Below are positions 8,448-18,160 of a DNA stretch of 64,000 nucleotides, in pieces; the first letter of the stretch is position 1; every line of letters begins with the position of its first letter. The DNA is from Pedosphaera sp. (GTDB lineage: Bacteria; Verrucomicrobiota; Verrucomicrobiia; Limisphaerales; AAA164-E04). Both the position numbers and the translations under genes were made by a program. Under the pieces are notes generated by a model. That model was not told the origin of the DNA and made no database searches. It saw only the letters and a list, made by a program, of their open reading frames with translations. Location of the stretch: assembly GCA_002690655.1 (NCBI GenBank), contig NZFL01000034.1, positions 38,708-102,707 on the forward strand, read 5' to 3'.

Positions 8448-10166
8448 ATGGTCAACATCAATCGACGGAAGTTTGCAAAACAAAGTGTTCAAAGCGCTTT
8501 GATGTTCGGGGTGGATCATTCCGTGTGGTGCTCGTATTTAAGAGCTGACTCAAAACAATCAGGATTTAAGACTGATGTTGCGATTATTGGTGGCAGTTTA
8601 GGTGGTTGTTCGGCAGCGTTTGCCGCCTTGCGGAATGGGCATCAAGTGGTTTTGACTGAAGAGGCGGAGTGGATTGGTGGGCAACTGACATCACAGGGAG
8701 TGCCCCCAGATGAGCATCGTTGGATTGAGTCATTTGGCTCCAACGCATCCTACCGTGAACTGCGACGGCGGATTCGAAACTACTATCGAACAAACTATCC
8801 GCTAAAACATGCTCAGCGGCAGAAATGGAAGTTGAATCCTGGTAATGGCTCTGTTTCACGACTCTGTCATGAGCCAAGAGTTGCGCTCGCTGTGCTTTTG
8901 GATTGGTTGGCTCCATATCTCAGTTCAGGTCAGCTTATTATATTGAATCAATGTAGACCTGTTGGCGCAGAGGTGAATGATGGTCGGATTCAATCTGTTG
9001 AAGTGTTCAGTGAAAAATCAGGAAAAAAAAGTGTCTTAGAAGCGCCTGTCTTTATTGATGCAACCGAGCTTGGTGATTTACTGCCGCTCGCAAAAGTCGA
9101 ATATGCCGTTGGAACGGAATCCAAAACGCAAACGGGTGAAATGCATGCCAGCGAATCCGCCCGACCTGATAACCACCAAGCCTTTACCATGTGTTTTGCC
9201 ATGGATCATATGGACGGTGAAAATCACGTTATTACGAAGCCTGAACGCTATGGTTTCTGGCGCAATTTCATGCCTGACCTGAGCCCTGCTTGGCCAGGTC
9301 GTCTGTTGGATTGGACATACACTCACCCCCGCAGTTCGGAATCAAGGCTACTTGGTTTTAACCCTGGTTCTGGCGCTTACAAGGGGATCATTAATCTATG
9401 GAATTATCGCCGAATATTAGCCCAGTCCAACTTTGAAACTGGCAGTTTCAAAAGCGATATTAGTTTGGTGAATTGGCCGCAAAACGATTATTTCCTTGGG
9501 TCGATTATCGATGTTAAGCGAGAGGATTTTCTTAAACACGTGTGGGAGGCAAAGCAATTAAGTTTGTCCTTATTGCATTGGATGCAGACGGAAGCACCTC
9601 GGCATGATGATGGACAGGGGTATCCAGGCTTGAGACTTCGGCCCGATATCATGGGGACCGAAGATGGTTTGGCAATGTATCCGTATGTCAGAGAGTCACG
9701 AAGGATTCAGGCAGAGTATACGGTAACGGAACAAGATTGTGGTCTTGAGCAACGCATGGCCTCAACCGGCATGGGTAGGGCTGATGTCCGCGCCGAATCC
9801 TATCCAGATGCAATTGGAATTGGAAGTTACCCGATTGATTTACATCCCTCAACAGGTGGTGACAACTACATCGATTTTGAAACCTTGCCTTTCCAAATCC
9901 CTTTAGGAGCGTTGATTCCCAAGCGCATCGAAAATTTAATCCCTGCCTGCAAGAATATAGGAACAACTCACGTGACCAACGGTTGTTACAGATTGCATCC
10001 AGTGGAGTGGGGGATTGGTGAAATAGCGGGTCTTCTGGCTCATGAAGCTTTGAAATCCGGTCAGCCCATTCGATCCATCAGGAACCAGAAAAAACATCTA
10101 AATAATTTTCAGGCAACTATCAAAAAACAAGGCGTGGAATCCGAATGGCCAGATATGGCTTTTTAA
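8448..10166 (+). CDS. FAD-dependent oxidoreductase (PF12831-like), probable Tat/secretory leader
   Basis: 572 aa. N-terminus MVNINRRKFAKQS. Dinucleotide-binding motif DVAIIGGSLGGCSAAFAALRNGHQVVLTEEAEWIGGQLTSQG. Confidence 0.8.
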   Translation: MVNINRRKFAKQSVQSALMFGVDHSVWCSYLRADSKQSGFKTDVAIIGGSLGGCSAAFAALRNGHQVVLTEEAEWIGGQLTSQGVPPDEHRWIESFGSNASYRELRRRIRNYYRTNYPLKHAQRQKWKLNPGNGSVSRLCHEPRVALAVLLDWLAPYLSSGQLIILNQCRPVGAEVNDGRIQSVEVFSEKSGKKSVLEAPVFIDATELGDLLPLAKVEYAVGTESKTQTGEMHASESARPDNHQAFTMCFAMDHMDGENHVITKPERYGFWRNFMPDLSPAWPGRLLDWTYTHPRSSESRLLGFNPGSGAYKGIINLWNYRRILAQSNFETGSFKSDISLVNWPQNDYFLGSIIDVKREDFLKHVWEAKQLSLSLLHWMQTEAPRHDDGQGYPGLRLRPDIMGTEDGLAMYPYVRESRRIQAEYTVTEQDCGLEQRMASTGMGRADVRAESYPDAIGIGSYPIDLHPSTGGDNYIDFETLPFQIPLGALIPKRIENLIPACKNIGTTHVTNGCYRLHPVEWGIGEIAGLLAHEALKSGQPIRSIRNQKKHLNNFQATIKKQGVESEWPDMAF

Positions 10167-10426
10167 CTCTATGACTATCAGTATCTTCTTTTCACAATCG
10201 ATGAGTGGGCCTCATTTATTCTCCATAACGGCCGCTCCTCTTTGAGTGTTCCCTTTTTCGTTAATAATATGCCAGGGCTGAATCAATAAAAAAATTTTGA
10301 AAACTATTAAAAAATCAAGTAATCTTTCCTTTCAATCCTGACCTTGAGGAAACAAAAGCTATAGCTTGATTATAGCAATGTATGCGTCTTCATAAACTCG
10401 ATGAGAGCTAAATATATTCTGGTTGT

Positions 10427-11215
10427 GTGCTGCTCTTCAGTATGAATCTGTGCCTTGCCATGGGCCTAGTCACGCAGAAGTCAAGATCTCCCTCCAGGCT
10501 TCCTGACCAAGCCCCTCCGATGGAACAATCAAAGGTGAAGTCTCCTGATGAGTTTTCGATAAAGGAAATCAGTCCGGGTGCTTTAGAATTAGGCAGCGTT
10601 CGGCTGAATCAAGCGCAGCGATCGATCGCTTTTTCAGCGAAGGTGCAACATGCACGAAGGCCCTATCAAATACCTTTTAGTGACATATCCCATGGTAAAG
10701 TGAATGAAAGTGTGTTCAAGATGGATGCCTTGCCCGTTCATATTCATGTCTGTGCGATTCTGCTTGGCGCTAAAGGTGCTGACTATGAGTTTTTGAAAAA
10801 ACGCTTTTCACAGTTGAAGGAGAATGAGATCGTTGCCCCTGACGAATTGGAACAAATGGTTAGGCAAGATCTTTTTGGCTTGTCTACAGAAATGAATATC
10901 AGTTGAGAGAATGGTGGCAAAATAGATCAACATGCCACCGAAACTTTTTTCCTCAGTAATGAGAATCAAAAAACAATACTGGGAGGTCAGTGGTTTTATA
11001 TGGGATCAAGGGTTGTTAATGGCCATTTTCAGTACCGGTCAAAGCGGTGATGCTTTTACCGTGACAGATGACTACGGATCCATGGTAAACTACACAGGCC
11101 CAGTATTTAAAAATGATGAGTCATGGGAAGTCAAATATTCGATTATTCACCCATCAATCATCCGGTGGAAGCAACTTTTATTTTTAGCGATCAGGAGGGG
11201 GAAATATCAAACTGA
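10427..11215 (+). pseudogene. Decayed gene for a secreted PVC-type protein (YdjY-domain-like, tentative), with several frameshifts and an in-frame TGA
   Basis: The homologous-looking reading hops frames. Frame A reads ...IAFSAKV. The conserved-looking NMHEGPIKYLLVT is only readable in the +1 frame (10637-10680). Frame A then resumes with HGKVNESVFKMDALPVHIHVCAILLGAKG. Frame A hits TGA at 10904-10906, yet continues in frame as ENGGKIDQHATETFF...GGQWFYMGSRVVNGHFQ. The next block (SGDAFTVTDDYGSMVNYTGPVFKNDESWEV) and the tail (INHPVEATFIFSDQEGEISN*) are each in yet another frame. The track splits this into two ORFs (10427..10906 and 10932..11258). Confidence 0.5.
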
Positions 11216-11238
11216 GCCCAGTTTTGGATTCAATAATT

Positions 11239-12399
11239 ATGAGTGTAAACCAACTTAAACGATGGACCGCGCTGATCCTCTATGTAGCGAGTATTCTTTC
11301 GCTCAATGTTTCCGCGGTGGAGTCAGATGAAATCAGATCGCAGGTTTCCAAGTTAATTCAGCGTGGTACGAAATGGCTGGAATCTTCTCAAAACCAAGCA
11401 GGATGGTGGTCCACAGCGGATCACCCGGCTGTTACGGGCTTGGCTCTGGTGGCAATGAAGGGAGATCCTTCGGGTTTTTTTGAATCCAACGAACATCCTG
11501 CTATTAAAAATGCCCTGAAGTATATTGACTCTTGTTACCACGAAGATGGAGGTATCTACCGAATTAATCTGATTACCTACAACACTGCTATATGTCTGAT
11601 GTCAATGGTCGCGGCAGGAGATCCCTCCTTAGATGAACGCATTTTGAAATCACGAGAATACTTGATTGCTATGCAAAGTGATTTTGGGGATAAGGGAGTA
11701 ATGGACCATCCAATGGATGGAGGCATAGGCTATGGTTCTAAGTATGACCATTCTGATATGGGAAACACGCTTCAGGCATTGGAAGCATTGCATTACAGCC
11801 AGCACCTTGCGCAAGACCAGTCTTCTGCCAAAAATCAGAAGCTCGATTTTGCAGCAGCGATTCAATTCCTTCAAAATTGCCAAAACCTGACATCCGTCAA
11901 TAAACAGGACTGGGTCTCGGATGATGAGACCAACAAGGGTGGTTTTATTTACTATCCAGGTCTCAGTAAAGCAGGGGAGTACAAAGATCCCGTGACAGGT
12001 CGAGTTGCTTTGAGATCCTATGGGAGTATCAGCTATGGAGGCATGTTAGGTTATGCCTACGCCAAATTAGACAAGGAATCTCCGCAGGTTCAAGCGGTCC
12101 TGAGTTGGTTGAAAGCAAATTATACCCTTGATGAAAATCCTGCGATGGGGCTGCAGGGTTTGTTTTACTACTATCATACCATGGCCAAGGCACTAACAGT
12201 ATATGGCGTGGACACCCTCCAACTCAAAAACGGAGAAACGGTAGATTGGCGAAAAAAATTAGTGAACAGGCTGGCATCCCTCCAAAATGAGGATGGCTCA
12301 TGGATTAATGAGAATGGGCGTTGGTGGGAGCGAGATCCTGCTTTGGTCACAAGTTATGCCCTACTGGCGCTTGAAAAGATTTATTACAGCCTGGACTGA
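11239..12399 (+). CDS. Prenyltransferase/squalene-oxidase repeat (terpenoid cyclase-fold) protein, secreted
   Basis: Signal peptide MSVNQLKRWTALILYVASILSLNVSAVES (the ATG at 11239 is preferred over the TTG at 11224). Repeats of the type SQNQAGWWS...HPAVTGLALVAM and LQNEDGSWINENGRWWERDPALVTSYALLALE. Confidence 0.75.
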   Translation: MSVNQLKRWTALILYVASILSLNVSAVESDEIRSQVSKLIQRGTKWLESSQNQAGWWSTADHPAVTGLALVAMKGDPSGFFESNEHPAIKNALKYIDSCYHEDGGIYRINLITYNTAICLMSMVAAGDPSLDERILKSREYLIAMQSDFGDKGVMDHPMDGGIGYGSKYDHSDMGNTLQALEALHYSQHLAQDQSSAKNQKLDFAAAIQFLQNCQNLTSVNKQDWVSDDETNKGGFIYYPGLSKAGEYKDPVTGRVALRSYGSISYGGMLGYAYAKLDKESPQVQAVLSWLKANYTLDENPAMGLQGLFYYYHTMAKALTVYGVDTLQLKNGETVDWRKKLVNRLASLQNEDGSWINENGRWWERDPALVTSYALLALEKIYYSLD

Positions 12400-13174
12400 A
12401 TAGATTCTCTGCACTCTAGTGTAAGATCCTGAACATATCGTTCTTAAAGTTCATTAGGTATAAAAGGTTTTTCTAACAGGTTTCTGTCAGACACATTCGT
12501 CTGCTCCTCTGAAGAGGAGTAAAGTAAATATCAAATGAGTGTCAGGTAAAGCACGCTTTATGGTTGATTCTCACTGTTCTGGTGGTGGGATTGAATCTGA
12601 TTAGTCAACCGAAAACCCGTAACCACCCTTGTCAGGTATCCCAGACCCACCAACGACAAGTGGCACACTTTCCTTGCTTGCATCCTTAAGGATGGTAATC
12701 GATCAATAAATCGCTGTTGTCTGAGATCAGTAGTTCAAGCGTCTGGCTCCGCGATTCGCCGCCGCGGATCCCCTTATAACCATGAAGTTGATTACAAATG
12801 AATTGAAGAATGGGAATCACAGCAAGAAATCACTCCATTTGTTTACTCATGCACTTGGTAAAGCATACGCTGAGAAGAATCCCAAAGTGATAGGTGATTT
12901 TTGATATTTTTGTTTCCTGATGTTTTATTGCACGATGCTCAAGCAGTGCGTTTTCGATGGGCGGAGAGGGCGTAACTCTTTGCTTGACTCAGTTTCCTGA
13001 CGATAGTGGCTTGATACTGGATCAAGCGCTCTGCCCAGTGGGGTATTGCTGGTCCAAATTTGATTTTGATACCACTAAATCCTGGGTGAAAAGTTCAGAG
13101 CAAGTGATGTTGAAAGAAAATTCTAATCAGCCATATGAACCTGAAATTCCTGATAAGCAGCAGCCATCTGAGCC

Positions 13175-15058
13175 TTAAGACCTGGAGCTGATTCCCTGAC
13201 GTTTTGCCATATTGGCGAAGACACCTCCTTTTTGAATAAGGCTGTCAAAAGAGCCATCTTCTACAATGGCTCCTTCTGCAAGGACAATGATGCGGTCCAT
13301 CTGCTGCAGCGTGGAAAGTCGGTGGGCAATGCAGATCACCGTTCGGTCTTTTGCTAATTCATCGATGGCATTTTGCACCTCACCTTCCGATGCTGAATCC
13401 AATGCAGCTGTCGCTTCGTCCAAAACCAGAATGGGCGCATCTCTGACGAAAGCTCGTGCGATGGAAATGCGTTGACGTTGGCCACCCGACAAAGAAGTGC
13501 CGCGCTCTCCCAGGATTGTCTCATAACCTTTGGGAAGGTTCTGAATGAATCCGTCTGCATGTGCACTCATGGCAGCTGATTGGATGGCTTCGTTGGAGCT
13601 TCCCTCCTTACCGCACCCAATGTTGTCAAAAACGGTTTGATCGAATACGACCACATCTTGGCTTACCAAGGCCATCAGCTGGCGCAGTTCTTTTTGGCTG
13701 TAATCTCGAAAATCAATATCATCCAGTTTGATCGTCCCTTCTGTGGGATCAAAAAAGCGAAAGAACAGATTGATCAGCGTGCTTTTGCCGGATCCACTCT
13801 CACCTGCAATACCCAATTTTTGACCGCGTGGAATGTCAAGGTTAAGGCGATCGATCACTTTGGTTTGATCGTAAGAAAAGGAAACATTTTCAAAATGAAT
13901 AGAGTGCTTGAATTGGCTCAATGCAACCGCCGATTCGCATTCGGTGACACTTGGTTTTTCGTCGAGCACTTTCATAAGTCGATCCACTCCGATGCTCGTT
14001 TTCTCAATCAGGACATGGAGGTTAGCCAGTTTCTTTACCGGTGAATAGAAGGTGGCCAAAGCGCCAAAGAAGACGACCATGTCGGACATAGAGCGCTCTG
14101 TAGCAACCACGAAAAGAATCAATCCTCCCATAGCCGAAACCCCCATGAATTCAACCAAAGGGCCCACCTTTTCCTGAGATCGGATAGTTTTCATGGTATG
14201 ACCGAATAGGCGCCTTGAGAGAATGCCGAAGCGGCTTGTTTGCAGAGATTCAAGGCCGTAGGCTTTGACGATTCGGATAGATTGCAGCATCTCAACGATC
14301 AAACTGGATTGAGTGACATTGGTTTCCACTGCCTTGCGACTGGCTTTCCTTGCTTTTTTTCCGAATACAAGAATCGCAATGAGCACAAATGGTAGGATGA
14401 GAAAAAGCGACATCGTCAATTGCCAGTCGAGAAAAAGCATCAAACAGAAAACCGAAATTACGGTCATGGGAGAAGTAATACTATTGCGAACACCCGAACT
14501 GAGGCAAACTTGAAGCATTGCCGTGTCTCCATTGATGCGCGTCAGCATATCTCCCATTTTGGATCGATTGAAATAATCCATTGATAAGCCGCTTAATTTG
14601 CCGAATACCCGGATGCGTAGATCATTAACGACGCGTTCTCCCACCCAGCTGATCCCATATTTTGAGATAAATTCCGTTCCCCCTCGAAAACCTGCTACGA
14701 GGGGAACGAGCAAACACGCTCCAAGGATTTGCCGCAGGGTAATTTCCTCTCCATAACCAGGAAGCCATTCATTGGATAATGTCTCAGAATATTGCTGCAA
14801 AGTTTCTTTCTTTGCCATCGCTGCATCGATCCATTCGCTGGCAAAGCCCGCGTTTTGCGACAATGGTTTGATGTTGGATTCGACAACAATCTGAGTTTTT
14901 GGTGGTTCTAGTCGATGGAGTACTGCTTTGATGGTCCAAAGTACAAATGCATTTGAAACTCCAAAGCACACAGCAGCGAAAACGGAAATCCAAAGACGCA
15001 TTTTGTAGGGCCGAATAAAGGGCCAACTGAATCGCAATATCGCAAGAGCTTTATCCAC
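13175..15058 (-). CDS. ABC transporter, fused permease/ATPase (MsbA-like lipid/multidrug exporter type)
   Basis: 627 aa. Six-TM N-domain, Walker A GESGSGKSTL, signature LSGGQRQRISIARA, Walker B ILVLDEATAALD, H-loop IAHRLST. Confidence 0.9.
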   Translation of the reverse strand: MDKALAILRFSWPFIRPYKMRLWISVFAAVCFGVSNAFVLWTIKAVLHRLEPPKTQIVVESNIKPLSQNAGFASEWIDAAMAKKETLQQYSETLSNEWLPGYGEEITLRQILGACLLVPLVAGFRGGTEFISKYGISWVGERVVNDLRIRVFGKLSGLSMDYFNRSKMGDMLTRINGDTAMLQVCLSSGVRNSITSPMTVISVFCLMLFLDWQLTMSLFLILPFVLIAILVFGKKARKASRKAVETNVTQSSLIVEMLQSIRIVKAYGLESLQTSRFGILSRRLFGHTMKTIRSQEKVGPLVEFMGVSAMGGLILFVVATERSMSDMVVFFGALATFYSPVKKLANLHVLIEKTSIGVDRLMKVLDEKPSVTECESAVALSQFKHSIHFENVSFSYDQTKVIDRLNLDIPRGQKLGIAGESGSGKSTLINLFFRFFDPTEGTIKLDDIDFRDYSQKELRQLMALVSQDVVVFDQTVFDNIGCGKEGSSNEAIQSAAMSAHADGFIQNLPKGYETILGERGTSLSGGQRQRISIARAFVRDAPILVLDEATAALDSASEGEVQNAIDELAKDRTVICIAHRLSTLQQMDRIIVLAEGAIVEDGSFDSLIQKGGVFANMAKRQGISSRS

Positions 15059-15214
15059 GTTTGTTATGCATTGAGTTTTGTCTGATTGATACTGGAGGGT
15101 CGATTTTGTTGAGCAAGGACATCATTACGTTCCTTGCTCCTCTAACGGCCAGCCATTTCATAAGCAGGCATCAGAACCAAACTTGAGGCGAAAAGCAACA
15201 AGCGTTTTGTTCCT

Positions 15215-15683
15215 TTAGTGATCAGAAGCTTGGATCGGGCCAATGTATTCCGCAGCCACGACGATTTGATCAAAACAAACTCGGTTGAGGTGCCCCTCTG
15301 GAGCCTTGGTGATATACAAGTATGACCAGAGGTAGTTGATGTTTAATTCTGGGATCGATCACCAGGCGAAACCTTCGAATGATTCCTGGCTTGTGGAATC
15401 AGCGCTCCACCAATCTCCTTTCCATTTCCCTCTGGGAAATTCAGGCCCAATGTGACTGATGATCAAGCCTTCATGTCTTAATAATTTACCATCGTTCCAG
15501 CAACACATCCAAATCGTTTTCTGAAAAATATTCAGCGAAAAGCACTGATGGATCAGCCGCTGTGCCTTTGTCGTTTGGGTACTTTGAAACAACACCGGCG
15601 TTTTCTTCAGGAAGGGAAGCGCCGAATGCCTGGATGGTAAAAAAACAGGCTGGGATCAGTAGCAGAGTAGAGAAAGGATTCAC
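15215..15683 (-). pseudogene. Remnant of a secreted jelly-roll (polysaccharide-lyase-like, tentative) gene
   Basis: The signal peptide ORF (MNPFSTLLLIPACFFTIQAFG...VLFAEYFSENDLDVLLERW*) shifts frame into ...WNDGKLLRHEGLII...GDWWSADSTSQESFEGFAW. An in-frame TGA follows at 15359-15361. The same frame then continues for 46 codons: SIPELNINYLWSYLYITKAPEGHLNRVCFDQIVVAAEYIGPIQASDH*. A ...FD..VVA..YIGP ending is typical of secreted lectin/lyase-like proteins. The total length is too short for an intact member. Confidence 0.4.
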
Positions 15684-15731
15684 ATTTGTGGGTTCTTTGA
15701 GATGATTGTGTCTGATGCAAACCGGGACAGC

Positions 15732-16268
15732 CTACTGCTTAATCTCTGTATATGTGAGCGCTTTCAGTTTTTTCTCCAATGCTTCAAATTTCACAAGACC
15801 CTGAAATTGAGTATGAATGCGCCCTTCATCATCAATAATGAATGTTTGAGGGACGGCGGAGAAATTTCCCAGCTCGTCCACAAGTTTTCCGTTCCCCATG
15901 AGAACGGGGTAATTCAACTTCTGAGTGCGCACGAACCGTTTGACAGGACCCAATCCTGAATCAAGAGATATTCCCAGAACGACAACATCCTTGTCCTTGT
16001 AGTCATCGTGGAGCTTCATGAAGTCGGGTATCTCTGCACGGCAGGGAGGGCACCATGTGGCCCAGAAGTTCAAGACCACAATCTTTCCCTCATACTTGGA
16101 TGATGAGACACTCTTTCCATCCAATCCAACGAGTTCCCATGTGGGTGCTTTTTTGCCAATTTGAGTCTGAACTTCCGATGCTTTTGATGACCTCAGGCAA
16201 AGGCACAAGGATAACCCAACAAGGCTCATCCAAAAGATTTCATTCCAGCGATGATTTGATTGTTTCAT
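15732..16268 (-). CDS. TlpA/ResA-like periplasmic thiol:disulfide oxidoreductase (redoxin)
   Basis: 178 aa. N-terminal membrane anchor, then VVLNFWATWCPPCRAEIP (CxxC thioredoxin motif). Confidence 0.9.
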   Translation of the reverse strand: MKQSNHRWNEIFWMSLVGLSLCLCLRSSKASEVQTQIGKKAPTWELVGLDGKSVSSSKYEGKIVVLNFWATWCPPCRAEIPDFMKLHDDYKDKDVVVLGISLDSGLGPVKRFVRTQKLNYPVLMGNGKLVDELGNFSAVPQTFIIDDEGRIHTQFQGLVKFEALEKKLKALTYTEIKQ

Positions 16269-16576
16269 ATATCAATGCCCTACAGTTTTGATCATGCCAA
16301 CTACTCTGCATCCTATCATGGAACTGGATTCTAACCAGTTAATTATAATCGACAGCAGTGGCATGCGATGAGTTTTTTTGGATGAGATTCAAAGTCAAAG
16401 GGTCATAAATCCAAGATTCCATCAACATTATCCGGGGGAGGTAGATCGGATCGTCTCGATCCGTGTTGCGTGCTAGGAAAAGGGAATGGAGATGCGTCAG
16501 TTCTCCAAGCCTTCATTGGTGCGGGAGCCGGAGGTATTTAAGCCACGATGATCTTGTTAGGGAAGCGTCCCCGTTG

Positions 16577-18139
16577 CTACACCTGCTGCGGTTTTTGAAA
16601 CGGCGTGCTGCCAGCCTCGCTGGTCCCCCAAAGCCATCCCAGAAGTAGAAAATATGGCCATGCGATTGCCGGTATGTACAAGCCGAATTCAATGAAATTT
16701 TGCAACGCAAGCGCCACCAAACCCAACCAGATGACCTCGCGCATGGGATGGTCTCCCAGTTTCTTCGGGCGTAACCAGTAAAGTGAACCAAACATCCACA
16801 CCGCGTAGAAGATCGCGGAAGGCCACCCGGCATCGGATGCTTGCTGGAGATAATCGTTATGGGGCAGTCGCGTCATCTCTGCTCCATCCGTTTTTATTTT
16901 GGAAAATGCACGCATGAATGTACCCGGACCTGTGCCAAGGACAGGGTGATCGAGACTGGTTTCCCACGCAGCCCTCCAATACTCAAAACGCGCTCCAACG
17001 CTTGTGGCTCCTTTTTGGAAATAGTCCTGATACTTCCAGGAAAAAAGTCCGCCTCCGCCCATCAGCATGACGAAAACCAGCCCCACCTTTAAGGTCCTCG
17101 GGACTTTTGCAAAGAGAAATGCCAGGCACATGACGATCATTGCAACCAGCCAGCCGCCTTTTGAGCCAGACCAGTAAATGCAGGCGATCGCCCAGAGGGC
17201 AAAGCAAGCCAGGATAAGTAAGCGCGATGGCGTTTGTAATCGCGATGTAGCATTCCACAGGCAGAATAGCGAAAATGGCGACAGGAGGAGAATGGCGGCT
17301 GCAAAGGCGTTTGGGTAAAAAAGCGTTCCAAAAACCCGGTCTTTTCCGATTTTTTCAAGAAACGCCAAGTCTCTTTCCAAGGGTGAACCCTCCTCACCTG
17401 CATACTCCAGTCTGGAACTGAATCCATATTCGGCGGCCGCATTTTTCAGTAGATTCGGATCACTGCGCACAGTTTGGAGCCACTGTTGATCTGTCATGGC
17501 TTTTTTGAGGAAAGCTTCGGGGTAGGATGTCTGCCAATAGCTCTGTTGGTAGATCATTTGGCGTGTCGCTTCCAGTCCACCAAACTTCTGTTCGGTACCT
17601 GACCACATGGTGATGACCAAGCCAATGGTTGCCATGATGGAGATTCCATGAAGACTGTCGCATCTGGACAATAAAAAATACCCCCCGTAGAACAATCCAA
17701 TCAGTACGATGAAATGTGCAAGTACGGTTTGAGTTAACGATTTGTCCACCGTGAATAAACCTGATAGAAACTGCCAGCCTAACCAGATCAGAGGTAGCCA
17801 AAGGAATTTTGGAAGCGTCGACTTACGGAAGGGAAGGGCACGTATCCCTATCAGAACCCACGCAGCAAACAAGGCGTAAGCAGTTTCCATGGGCCATGCG
17901 AAAAAGATCCATTCAATCCATTCCTTTGGAGTCTGTAATTGATCTTGCAGTATGATCGGATTGCCAAACTTGAGGATCCCCAGCATTACAAGAAGACCGG
18001 AGATCCAGGTGAAAGCACAGATGCGAAATGATTTCAGCTGATCGTCTGGATCTTTGGTTTTTGAGCTGGATATCAAGGATGTAGGATTCCTATCCGAAGC
18101 CTTGCTGCTGTTTTTTGAATTTCTGGGGGATTTTTGCAT
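16577..18139 (-). CDS. O-antigen ligase/polymerase (Wzy_C) family membrane protein
   Basis: 520 aa, more than 10 TM helices. It has a loop with ...LPHNDYLQQASDAGWPSAIFY..., typical of the O-antigen ligase domain. Confidence 0.75.
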   Translation of the reverse strand: MQKSPRNSKNSSKASDRNPTSLISSSKTKDPDDQLKSFRICAFTWISGLLVMLGILKFGNPIILQDQLQTPKEWIEWIFFAWPMETAYALFAAWVLIGIRALPFRKSTLPKFLWLPLIWLGWQFLSGLFTVDKSLTQTVLAHFIVLIGLFYGGYFLLSRCDSLHGISIMATIGLVITMWSGTEQKFGGLEATRQMIYQQSYWQTSYPEAFLKKAMTDQQWLQTVRSDPNLLKNAAAEYGFSSRLEYAGEEGSPLERDLAFLEKIGKDRVFGTLFYPNAFAAAILLLSPFSLFCLWNATSRLQTPSRLLILACFALWAIACIYWSGSKGGWLVAMIVMCLAFLFAKVPRTLKVGLVFVMLMGGGGLFSWKYQDYFQKGATSVGARFEYWRAAWETSLDHPVLGTGPGTFMRAFSKIKTDGAEMTRLPHNDYLQQASDAGWPSAIFYAVWMFGSLYWLRPKKLGDHPMREVIWLGLVALALQNFIEFGLYIPAIAWPYFLLLGWLWGTSEAGSTPFQKPQQV

Positions 18140-18160
18140 GAAGATGGAATCGGCTTGAGG

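Noticed and set aside
12579-12605. The minus-strand string GATTCAATCCCACCACCA resembles a T-loop plus acceptor/CCA end of a tRNA or tmRNA.
   Set aside because: The flanking bases do not form a 5-bp T-stem, and no matching 5' acceptor strand, D-arm or anticodon arm could be drawn. No tmRNA-like tag reading frame or 5' GGGG start is present.
12957-13178. A 73-aa plus-strand ORF at the end of the long convergent spacer.
   Set aside because: It has no family resemblance and no obvious RBS. Its 3' end overlaps the ABC transporter stop region. It is kept only as a possibility within the spacer finding.
10443-15361. In-frame TGA codons followed by plausible continuing protein sequence (10443-10445, 10904-10906, 15359-15361). 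This raised the idea of TGA recoding (an alternative genetic code or selenocysteine).
   Set aside because: Many well-supported genes in the window terminate on TGA at the expected length, for example the genes ending at 2847 and 4467 and the DUF1501 gene ending at 43113. The loci with internal TGAs also carry frameshifts. Ordinary pseudogenisation is the simpler explanation.
16269-16576. A 7-bp hairpin cggatcg-tct-cgatccg (about 16444-16462) in the spacer downstream of the O-antigen-ligase-like gene, considered as a terminator.
   Set aside because: There is no U-tract on the relevant (minus) strand, so a functional intrinsic terminator cannot be supported.
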